This document shows positions 52,933 through 60,973 of a DNA stretch of 64,000 nucleotides, piece after piece. How positions within the stretch are numbered: the first letter of the stretch is position 1; the number at the start of each line of letters is the position of its first letter. The notes beneath the pieces are model-generated. The model was given only the letters and a program-made list of their open reading frames with translations, searched no databases and was not told the DNA's origin. This stretch comes from Desulfomicrobium sp. (GTDB taxonomy: Bacteria; Desulfobacterota; Desulfovibrionia; Desulfovibrionales; Desulfomicrobiaceae): assembly GCA_040768745.1 (NCBI GenBank), contig JAXGMI010000001.1:1536001-1600000 (forward strand), given 5' to 3'. A program made the position numbers and the translations under genes.

Positions 52933-53059
52933 CATTTTGTCACGTTTTGTCGCATTTTTCAGGGCCTAGGGTCGGACTTGCTACCCGACCCGAAAAGCGC
53001 ATGACCTGCCCCGGTTGCGCCGGGCCCTGGATTCACTACCGGGGCGAAGGGGCAGCGAT

Positions 53060-53920
53060 ATGGGCTTTTTGAAGTCAATTTCCGAGATCAAAAGAGAACC
53101 GCTTGATCTGAAAGAAGCGCTTGAGCGCGTGGCATATTCCCATAAAGAAATAGGAAAATACGAATTTGAAGCAAATACTATATTAAGAAAGAACGAATAT
53201 GATTTTTTGAACATTAAGCATGTACGTCTTGAAGAAGTTTTTCCATCATTATTTGGCTTTGATTACGATCAATACTATATTCTTCGCAATATATCAAAGA
53301 TACAAGAAAATTATGACAGCATTGTTCAGAGTGCAGAAAAAGAGATAAAAGAAATACCAAAAGAACTTCCAGACTATGCAAAAAAAGAGTTACGCGAAAT
53401 GTATGAAAAAACCATAGCTGAATATAAGAGACAAGGAAGTTTATATTCTTCTGGTGGGTCAGTGCTTTGCAACAGGATCGATCACTTATTGGAATTATTC
53501 AGGCGGGCATATATTTCTGGCGACGTGACAATTTGCGGAGACTGGATTGCTCTTGATACGATAGTGGACGCGAAGGTTTTTTTTGAATGGGCGCAAAGAA
53601 ATGGATTCTACATCCCCGAAGAAGTATCTTGTTTTTTCGGAACTCCCGCCGCCACGATACAGTCCACCATGACCCCGACCGAACCGGGCAACGATCAGCA
53701 GGTGGAAGAAAAAGACCCGAAAAATTTTGCAGAACGCGAACTTGCCCAAGGGAAAGCCCCTGGCCAAGTCATGCTTGCCCTTGTCAAACTCTACGACGAT
53801 ATGCCGCAATGGAAGGCCGCCGGTCTTGCGTTGCGCCGCTCGGTTGTGGGGCTTGATCAGTTTGAAAGAGACAAGCTGAAAAGCCGATTTTATGACCGCA
53901 CAAAAAAATTCAGACAATAA
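53060..53920 (+). CDS. Hypothetical protein (AT-rich cargo)
   Basis: About 286-aa ORF whose 5' two-thirds is AT-rich; no motif recognised. Confidence 0.7.
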   Translation: MGFLKSISEIKREPLDLKEALERVAYSHKEIGKYEFEANTILRKNEYDFLNIKHVRLEEVFPSLFGFDYDQYYILRNISKIQENYDSIVQSAEKEIKEIPKELPDYAKKELREMYEKTIAEYKRQGSLYSSGGSVLCNRIDHLLELFRRAYISGDVTICGDWIALDTIVDAKVFFEWAQRNGFYIPEEVSCFFGTPAATIQSTMTPTEPGNDQQVEEKDPKNFAERELAQGKAPGQVMLALVKLYDDMPQWKAAGLALRRSVVGLDQFERDKLKSRFYDRTKKFRQ

Positions 53921-54149
53921 CGCGAAGCAGGACAAACCTGGCTTTTTTCTGGTGGGAACGGGGCCGGATTCGAATTTGGTTTTGCATCTGGCAAGAAGAC
54001 GAACAGCAAGGCCACAACCCAGAAGCCTAACCTCCGCCCCGTCGTGATTTTTATTGCCCTTCGCCAGACGCGCGACGGCATGACAACATTTCTTGCTGAC
54101 CGGAAAGGCAACGCGTGGTAGAGGGACGGAAAAAAGGAGAAGTTTCAAG

Positions 54150-54677
54150 ATGCAAAAAATTACAAAGCTTGTTTTGATGGCCGTGGTATTTGTCTGTCTT
54201 GCCTGCGGGGTAGCACTTGCCGATGGATGGTATAAAACAACGTGGGGGATGAGCCCCGAGCAAGCGGAAGAGGCCATTGGCGAGAAACTTTCCCTGGCCT
54301 CGGTAACGTACGGAGATGAAACATACTCTCACAAACTGGGGCAGTTCAAAATCGGAAACTATGACTATGAGCCATTTCTTTCCTTTAGTGGCGGTTCTTT
54401 GAGGAAAGTCCATCTGAGATACAAAGGGGCAGGTGGTCCGGGGGCATATGCTGCCTTTTCTAGCACCAAAGACTTGCTAGTTGGGAAGTATGGCGCGCCA
54501 GTCGGATCAGAGAAGAGCAAGATGATGGGGGGCGGAGAGATCCGGACTGAAAAGTGGTTATCTGAGGACACGATGATCACGCTGAACTATTACAGCATGA
54601 GCTTGCCAGGTGGAGGCAGTTTCGGGGCGAACATCACCTACGAGCCAAGGATATCGGGGGGGAGCGACAAGCTGTAG
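54150..54677 (+). CDS. Exported hypothetical protein
   Basis: AGGAG RBS; signal peptide ending in ALA; WGMS motif; terminator hairpin at 54701-54733. Confidence 0.75.
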   Translation: MQKITKLVLMAVVFVCLACGVALADGWYKTTWGMSPEQAEEAIGEKLSLASVTYGDETYSHKLGQFKIGNYDYEPFLSFSGGSLRKVHLRYKGAGGPGAYAAFSSTKDLLVGKYGAPVGSEKSKMMGGGEIRTEKWLSEDTMITLNYYSMSLPGGGSFGANITYEPRISGGSDKL

Positions 54678-54888
54678 CGAAAAATCTCATTACGTCCCTC
54701 AGTCCCGCCCCGGCTCCCCAGGGCGGGATTTTTGCTTCCACTACCGGAAAATCCTAAAAACCTACCCAAAAACCTGCCCAAAAACCTGCCTGCCATCCTT
54801 AAAACCGGCCTACTGACCGTCCTACTTCTCGAATCATAACAGCCCTATACATTCACTGTGTTTCACGCAGCAGCGTGAAGGGGGCTTC

Positions 54889-55119
54889 ATGAACAAAGAC
54901 GAATTGAGAAAGCAGCTTTTGGAGATCATGCCGCCGGTGTTTGTTCGCCAGCAGGTGCGGGAACTGACCGGGGGCATGATTGACGGTCGAACCCTGGCAA
55001 ACAAGGACAGCGACGGGACCGGGCCGGGAGGCCGGGTCAAGATGGGCAAAACCAAGGTGGGCTACCTTCGGGAGCCCTTCATTGATTGGTTTCTGAATCG
55101 TTTGAACATTCAGGGTTAG
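54889..55119 (+). CDS. AlpA/excisionase-like winged-helix protein
   Basis: 76 aa; RTLAN.DS.GTGP..V.MG..KVGY....IDW pattern; lies upstream of the primase. Confidence 0.7.
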   Translation: MNKDELRKQLLEIMPPVFVRQQVRELTGGMIDGRTLANKDSDGTGPGGRVKMGKTKVGYLREPFIDWFLNRLNIQG

Positions 55120-55127
55120 GGGCAGCC

Positions 55128-55283
55128 ATGAAAATGGAAAAGCCCCACGGGGGCACGCAGGGCATTGGACAGGAGCTTGTGAAACGTTGCGTTTCTTGGT
55201 TGGAATGTTTCACGAAATGGGCAGTCGGTCAAGCCGAGTTGCTGATGCTGGCCGCGATCCTGGCCGGGGGGTTGCTGATATGA
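55128..55283 (+). CDS. Small hypothetical protein
   Basis: Fills the gap between the alpA-like gene and Prim-Pol, with ATGA overlap. Confidence 0.45.
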   Translation: MKMEKPHGGTQGIGQELVKRCVSWLECFTKWAVGQAELLMLAAILAGGLLI

Positions 55284-56218
55284 GCAGCCAGCAGATAGCC
55301 CAGGAAATTTTGAACGGGCTTTCCGAAGTGGGCCGGGCCGCCGTGGGATATACCCGCCGGGGGCTTCTGGTGTTTCCATGCCGGGAACGCACTACATACG
55401 GGCCGGACTTGGACAAGAACGGGAAGCCGAAGGAACATGCAGCCAAAAGCCCGTACACGCGCCACGGGTGCCACGACGCGACCACGGACGCGGGCCAGGT
55501 GGTCAGGTGGTGGAAGCAATACCCCGCCGCCGCCATAGGGCTACGGATGGGCACGGAGTCCGGGCTTTTCGTCGTGGACGTGGACACGAAGCACGGGGCC
55601 GGGGGGCTGGAATCATGGGCCGCATTGCAAGCGCAGTACGGGCCAGCGCCGAAGACGCGCACGGCAAGAACCGCTTCCGGTGGCCTTCACGTCTATTTCA
55701 AGCATCCTGGCCAGGGGAAGGCCGTCAAAACCGACGCCGGAAGGCTTGGGCCGGGGCTGGATCTTCGGGGCGACGGAAACGGCTATGTCCTGGCCCCGCC
55801 ATCCGCGATTGAGTCAGGGCGCTATACTTGGGAACATGACATTCCGACCGCCGAAGCGCCGGACTGGTTGCTTGAACTGGCCGTCAAAAAGCCCAGGCCG
55901 GAACATTCCATGCCCTGCCCAACGATCAGCGCCACATTATCGACCGCCTACGGACGGGCCGCCCTGGAAACAGAGTGCCGAGCCGTGGCCAGTGAGCCAG
56001 CAGGCAGCAGAAACGCCCGCCTGAACGAAGCCGCTTTTGCTTGTGGGCAGTTGGTGGGCGGTGGGGAACTGGTGGAGTCCGAAGCCCTGAACGCCTTGGA
56101 GCAGGCCGCCGCCGCTTGCGGGCTTGGCCATCACGAAGCGCAGCGCACTATCCAGTCAGGTTTTAGCGCGGGACTGGCCGAACCACGGCAGGCAGTCAGG
56201 GGGTGGAACCATGACTGA
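55280..56218 (+). CDS. Bifunctional DNA primase/polymerase (Prim-Pol, AEP)
   Basis: VFPC, VVDVD, TASGG.H.YF, DLRG..GYV.APPS and SRNARLN motifs. Confidence 0.9.
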   Translation: MSSQQIAQEILNGLSEVGRAAVGYTRRGLLVFPCRERTTYGPDLDKNGKPKEHAAKSPYTRHGCHDATTDAGQVVRWWKQYPAAAIGLRMGTESGLFVVDVDTKHGAGGLESWAALQAQYGPAPKTRTARTASGGLHVYFKHPGQGKAVKTDAGRLGPGLDLRGDGNGYVLAPPSAIESGRYTWEHDIPTAEAPDWLLELAVKKPRPEHSMPCPTISATLSTAYGRAALETECRAVASEPAGSRNARLNEAAFACGQLVGGGELVESEALNALEQAAAACGLGHHEAQRTIQSGFSAGLAEPRQAVRGWNHD

Positions 56219-58034
56219 TAACTTGCATTGTGCTGAAAACGGGTCGGGCCGGTCGGGTTGGTCGGGTCAGGCCACGGTTGACGCGGGTTTTATCGACCCG
56301 ACTACCGAAAAACCCAAGTCGGGTCGGTCGGGTCAAGTCGGGTCGGGTCAGGTCCGGTTGCCCAACGGCTACCACATGAACGCCGAAGGGCTTTGGTACG
56401 TCGAAGACCCGGAAAAGCCCCAAGAAAAAATCTGGTTGGGTCCGCTACTTCACTTCGCAGCCATGACCAGAAACGGCGATTCCGAAGCGTGGGGGCTTTA
56501 TCTTGGGTGGCGTGACCCGGACGGAAGGCCGCATTGGTGGGCCATGCCTTACGCCATGCTGAACGATACCCGGCAGGGGTGGCGGGCGGAACTTGCCGCC
56601 GGGGGCTGGATCGGTGCGACCAGCCAAAAGGCAAAGGCCCTGCTTGGGCAGCTATTGGCTTCCGTGGTGGTGCCGGATCGGGCGCGGTGCGTGAACCGGA
56701 CGGGGTGGCATGGGTCCGCTTTTGTCCTGCCTGACGCAGTGCTTGGCGAGTGCGAAGAACGCCTTGTGCCTCAAGCGACAATGGCCGCGAACCCATTCAC
56801 GCAGGCCGGAACCCTTGAAGACTGGAACGCGACCATAGGCGCGTGGGCCATGAAAAACCGCTTGCTCATGTTTGGGATCAGTGCCGCCTTGTCCGGCTTT
56901 TTGCTGGATCTGGCCGGGCTGGATTCCGGGGGCTTCCATTTCTGGGGGCACAGCAGCACGGGCAAGACCACGATAATGCGGGCCGCGTGGTCCGTTTGCG
57001 GTGCCCCTTCCGGGGTGCGGACATGGCGCAGCACGGCCAATGCCCTGGAAGCGATCAGCGCCCTACATAATGACGCCTGCTTGTGCCTGGATGAAATCGG
57101 GCAGGCTTCGGGGCGGGTGGTGTCGGAAGCCGCTTATTTGCTGGCCAATGGCCAAGGGAAAAGCCGGGCGCATGTTGACGGGTCAGCGCGGGCGCTCCGG
57201 GCTTGGCGGTGCGCGGTTCTCTCCAACGGTGAAATGACCCTTTCCGACAAGTTGCGCGAAGACGGCCAGCAGGTCAGGGCCGGGCAGGAAGTCCGCATTG
57301 TTGACCTTTCAGCGGACGCAGGCGCGGGCATGGGCGCATGGCAGGACTTGCACGGGTATGAAACGCCGGGCCGGTTTTCCGACGCGATCAAGGCCGCTTG
57401 CGCCGTCAATTACGGCACGTTGAGCCGGGCCTATATCGACGCCCTGACCCGCAGCCGTGGGGAACTGAATCTTGCCCAGGATCTTGCCGCCGTGGTGTCC
57501 GACTGGACGCCGCCGGGATCTTCCGGGCAGGTCCGCCGGGTGGTTGATCGTTTCGCATTGGCGGGGATTGCGGGGGAACTTGCGGTGGACTTCGGGCTTG
57601 TGCCGTGGGCCGAAGGTAAAGCCCTGGCCGCCGCCCGGCAATGTCTGGAATCATGGATTGAAGGCAGGGGCAGCACGGGCGATCAGGAAGACCGCCGGGC
57701 AGTTGATACGGTGCGGGCCTTCATTGCCCGCTACGGGTCAAGCCGCTTTCAGAATATCGACCCCGCAGCGCCTGAACGCATTTTGGACCGGGCCGGGTTC
57801 CGCCGGACCCTGAACGGGCTGGATCAGTTCCTTTTTACGTCTGACCAGTTCAAGGGGGTGTTGGGTGGGTTGAATCCGACCACGGCAGCCAAGGCATTGG
57901 ACCGGGCCGGGTTGCTCCATCGAAACGATGGGAAAAACCTGACTGTCAGGGTGCCGCTTCCGGATCTTGGCAAGGTGCGTGTCTATGCCGTGACCATGCC
58001 GGACGATGAAGGGGGCAGCCATGTTGAACATTGA
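56211..58034 (+). CDS. DUF927 domain P-loop helicase
   Basis: RTGWHG..FVLPD, G.SSTGKTT (Walker A), WRSTAN.LE, LDEIG and NG.GK.R motifs. Confidence 0.9.
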   Translation: MTDNLHCAENGSGRSGWSGQATVDAGFIDPTTEKPKSGRSGQVGSGQVRLPNGYHMNAEGLWYVEDPEKPQEKIWLGPLLHFAAMTRNGDSEAWGLYLGWRDPDGRPHWWAMPYAMLNDTRQGWRAELAAGGWIGATSQKAKALLGQLLASVVVPDRARCVNRTGWHGSAFVLPDAVLGECEERLVPQATMAANPFTQAGTLEDWNATIGAWAMKNRLLMFGISAALSGFLLDLAGLDSGGFHFWGHSSTGKTTIMRAAWSVCGAPSGVRTWRSTANALEAISALHNDACLCLDEIGQASGRVVSEAAYLLANGQGKSRAHVDGSARALRAWRCAVLSNGEMTLSDKLREDGQQVRAGQEVRIVDLSADAGAGMGAWQDLHGYETPGRFSDAIKAACAVNYGTLSRAYIDALTRSRGELNLAQDLAAVVSDWTPPGSSGQVRRVVDRFALAGIAGELAVDFGLVPWAEGKALAAARQCLESWIEGRGSTGDQEDRRAVDTVRAFIARYGSSRFQNIDPAAPERILDRAGFRRTLNGLDQFLFTSDQFKGVLGGLNPTTAAKALDRAGLLHRNDGKNLTVRVPLPDLGKVRVYAVTMPDDEGGSHVEH

Positions 58035-58410
58035 CCGCCTTCTGAAGCTGGCCAGCGGTGCCCAGGTGGAACCCGACCCGACCGACCCGACCCGACCCGA
58101 CCACGAAAAACGCAAGTCGGGTCAGCAAAACCTAGGTGAAACAAGGGCTAACCCGACCGACCCGACCGACCCGACCGAAAAAACAGCAGTTGCAACGAAA
58201 CAGGACGCCGGGGCCGAAAGGCCCTTGTCCTTGGAACCGCTACCGGGCCGCTACTGGCTGGACCCGGTGGATAATGGCTTTTTGCCCGCATACAAGACCA
58301 TGCTGGACCGCAAAGAGTGCCGGGGATGCCCGCAAGCCTGCCAACGGTGCCGGGCGCTCATGGCGGATCTGGAAACCTGCCTGCTTGGGCCGGAAGGGGG
58401 CGCGGCATGA
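58021..58410 (+). CDS. Hypothetical protein overlapping iteron-like repeats
   Basis: PTDPT repeats translated from GACCC repeats; Cys-rich C-terminus; overlaps both neighbours. Confidence 0.5.
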   Translation: MLNIDRLLKLASGAQVEPDPTDPTRPDHEKRKSGQQNLGETRANPTDPTDPTEKTAVATKQDAGAERPLSLEPLPGRYWLDPVDNGFLPAYKTMLDRKECRGCPQACQRCRALMADLETCLLGPEGGAA

Positions 58411-58763
58411 CGGCATGGTGCGAGTATTGCGGAAAGTCCTTTCGGCAGCGGTACGACTGGCAGAAACTTTGCCCCGCCTGTTACGGGCTTCGGCAAGACA
58501 ACGGGGGCGCGGACGCATGGATGCAAGTTATTGACCTGAAACGGGAGTTGCGATTCATGCAAATGCAGCTTGCATCCGCTCAACAGCAGGCAGCAAGCCA
58601 GCAGGCCGAACGGGGCTTGTTGGATCATATCCGGGCCAATCCGAAAGCGTGGCTCATGCTGGTGCATCCTGACCGCCACAACGGAAGACAGGCCGCAACG
58701 GACGCAACGCGGCTTGTTTTGGAAGTCCGGAACAGCAGGCGCGAAGGTGGGCTTTATGAGTGA
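58407..58763 (+). CDS. Zn-finger, coiled-coil and HPD (J-domain-like) protein
   Basis: CEYC...CPAC; LVHPDRHNG. Confidence 0.6.
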   Translation: MTAWCEYCGKSFRQRYDWQKLCPACYGLRQDNGGADAWMQVIDLKRELRFMQMQLASAQQQAASQQAERGLLDHIRANPKAWLMLVHPDRHNGRQAATDATRLVLEVRNSRREGGLYE

Positions 58764-58947
58764 GCCAATCCGCCCGCCCTGTCCAGAGTGCCGGGGGCAT
58801 GACGTGTTCAAGTTGCATGGGCCGGTGCATGTTGACCCGTGGCATTTTGAACAACGCTACCAGTGCAGGGGGTGCGAGTGCCGATTCATTGTTTGGTGGA
58901 GTGGCGAGTTTTTGCGGACATATCAGCGCAGGGGAAATCATGAGTAA
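58756..58947 (+). CDS. Small Zn-ribbon protein (Ogr/Delta-like spacing)
   Basis: CPEC...RYQCRGCECRF. Confidence 0.55.
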   Translation: MSEPIRPPCPECRGHDVFKLHGPVHVDPWHFEQRYQCRGCECRFIVWWSGEFLRTYQRRGNHE

Positions 58948-59221
58948 AGACCGACTAGAACAGGACGCGCTTTCAATCGATTTGGACGACTATCTGGACA
59001 TGGACGCGTTCGACTGGGGCAACGCCCTGGACCCTGTAAATATCGACTGGGGCGAAGGCTTTGACCCGGACGCGTTCGACTGGGGATTCAGCGCGGCGAT
59101 GCCTGAAAGAACAGGCGGGAAACAGGGAAAGGCGCTTGCTGTAAATACAGCGGAAAAACAGCAAAAAGCAGACTGGCCGGTGCTCGTGAAAACTCACGTT
59201 TTCAAACAAAGCAAACGCTAA
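58940..59221 (+). CDS. Small acidic protein with DWG repeats
   Basis: DAFDWG, NIDWG and DAFDWG; overlaps the upstream gene. Confidence 0.5.
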   Translation: MSKDRLEQDALSIDLDDYLDMDAFDWGNALDPVNIDWGEGFDPDAFDWGFSAAMPERTGGKQGKALAVNTAEKQQKADWPVLVKTHVFKQSKR

Positions 59222-59549
59222 AAAAGGCGGGGCGGGGGGGGGGCGGGTGCCGAGTGATGAGTTACCCCATGCAACGCGACAATGGGCCAGGGTGCAAACC
59301 TTGGCCTTTCTTTTTGCGTGGCGCTACGTGCCGGATACAACGAAAGGTCTGCAAGGTCGCGAGAGCAGCGATTGTTGACAAATGATGACATTCAAAGGGC
59401 GCAAACAATGGTGAGGTTTTGGGGAGGGTGCCGCGAAAAATGGCAAGGTTTCGATAAGGTTTTTCCGCGTTGACCTATTGAGAAAAGTTGAAACCGATAC
59501 CAAGGTTTTGCCAAAGTGCTGGGTGAAAAGATGCCCGGTTTGATGGGCG

Positions 59550-59882
59550 CTACGGCCAAGGCATTTTTTCAAATTCTTTTCGCACTACCGAACATGTGTC
59601 AGGAGATCTTCCTTCTGCTTGTGCCTGTGCGCTCATCTTCATCCCTTCTGAAAAAATCAGTATATACATGGATCGCTCTTTTCCAGTGAATGTTATGTCC
59701 ATCCATTTTGAAACTCGATTAACTTCAGATTTTGTGTCTATTCCGCATGCAATAGCTCGCCCTAAAATTATTGAATAGGTTGTCATTGTGTCAATATCAG
59801 ATTCAGACGCAGCAAAAGAATTAGTTCGTAATGAGATGGATATTATGGATAAAAAAAGTAAAAATAATATTTTATTCATCAT
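59550..59882 (-). CDS. Exported hypothetical protein
   Basis: Signal peptide-like N-terminus; two Cys; AT-rich. Confidence 0.65.
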   Translation of the reverse strand: MMNKILFLLFLSIISISLRTNSFAASESDIDTMTTYSIILGRAIACGIDTKSEVNRVSKWMDITFTGKERSMYILIFSEGMKMSAQAQAEGRSPDTCSVVRKEFEKMPWP

Positions 59883-60268
59883 TTGCTTTTCTCTAGTTCG
59901 AGCCTTTCAATTTCTTCGGTTATCATATGGCTTGGAAATTGTTTTTCGAGATCCCTCATGAATGTTCGCATGGTTGCGCTGGCCTTTGCTGCCCCGACCT
60001 TGTCTCCTTCTCTACCCAGTTTGTAGGCAAGATTTCGATAATATATCCAATCTTTGCAACGTTCTGTCAGATCCAGTTCATAGTCTGGATTCGGATTGTT
60101 CTTGCCAGGGTTGGTCACCACAAGTTCGCCGTTAACTGACTTCATAACGCGTACGTTATCGAGATTCGCAGATTGTGGCGCAGTTGCTTTCGGGTCATTT
60201 CCGCTAGTGTTGACCATAAGCCAAGCGGCGAAGAGAGCGCAAAAAATGAAGATGATCGTTATTTTCAT
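59879..60268 (-). CDS. Membrane-anchored or exported hypothetical protein
   Basis: N-terminal hydrophobic segment; ATGA overlap with the next gene. Confidence 0.65.
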   Translation of the reverse strand: MKITIIFIFCALFAAWLMVNTSGNDPKATAPQSANLDNVRVMKSVNGELVVTNPGKNNPNPDYELDLTERCKDWIYYRNLAYKLGREGDKVGAAKASATMRTFMRDLEKQFPSHMITEEIERLELEKSK

Positions 60269-60600
60269 GCCCTTATTCCTTTTTTGGGTTCTATGGCATG
60301 ATTTACGTCAAAGGTCAGCAAGAAATATTGTCAGGTAGATGTCACATTGTGAATTTGTGAAAGGGAGCCGAGTGAAAAGGGTGTCCTTGTCGCCTAGTCG
60401 GGCGGATCTGACCATGCCCGTGGGGTGCAGTTGCGGGGCGCGGAGCTGGTCGTGAAAAAGCGCAGGGATTGTCCGGGCGATAGGGGCGAAAAAGGGGCGT
60501 GAAACCTGTCCTTGGGGGACAGGTGGGGGACAAAATCGGGTGCGCTTCGAAAAAACAGGAAAGGGCCTAGCGTATTTCGCACGTAAGCCCTTGTTATTCC

Positions 60601-60677
60601 TGGCCCGCCCTGCATGACTCGAACATGCGGCCAACGGATTCGAAGTCCGCTACTCTATCCAGCTGAGCTAAGGGCGG
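60601..60677 (-). tRNA. tRNA-Arg(TCG), integration target
   Basis: CCGCCCTTAGCTCAGCTGGATAGAGTAGCGGACTTCGAATCCGTTGGCCGCATGTTCGAGTCATGCAGGGCGGGCCA. Confidence 0.95.
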
Positions 60678-60973
60678 AGTTGAAATGGTTAATGGTGTTT
60701 CTCGGGACCGTGTTCCTTGTTCAGAAAGAAGATGATGATTCCGATGATGCCCAGGCCAAGCCCAAGAATGAGTCCAGAAAACATGCGGTTTCCTCCTATG
60801 CGTATAATCTAATCAGCCTATATATGCAGGATCTTTCTTGACTTCAAGTTCTTTCCTTCACAAGAAAGAAAACAATGCCGCGCAACGGGGTGGTCTTTTT
60901 TGATCGATGCGGATATACAATGATGTGGTAAGATAATCAGCCATGAACAAAAAGGGTAAGGAGAGGCGAACGT

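Larger units (their letters stand above)
51402..60647. mobile_element. About 9.2-kb integrative element (phage satellite/PICI-like) in tRNA-Arg(TCG)
   Basis: 47-bp direct repeats at 51402-51448 and 60601-60647 (2 mismatches); integrase, AlpA-like, Prim-Pol and DUF927 genes; no capsid or conjugation genes recognised. Confidence 0.9.

Noticed and set aside
52960..53029. Hammerhead ribozyme
   Set aside because: It has a three-way junction and GAAA, but lacks the CUGANGA core.
56241..58180. CRISPR array
   Set aside because: Short 4-9-bp units with no unique spacers and no cas genes. No CRISPR array was seen in the window.
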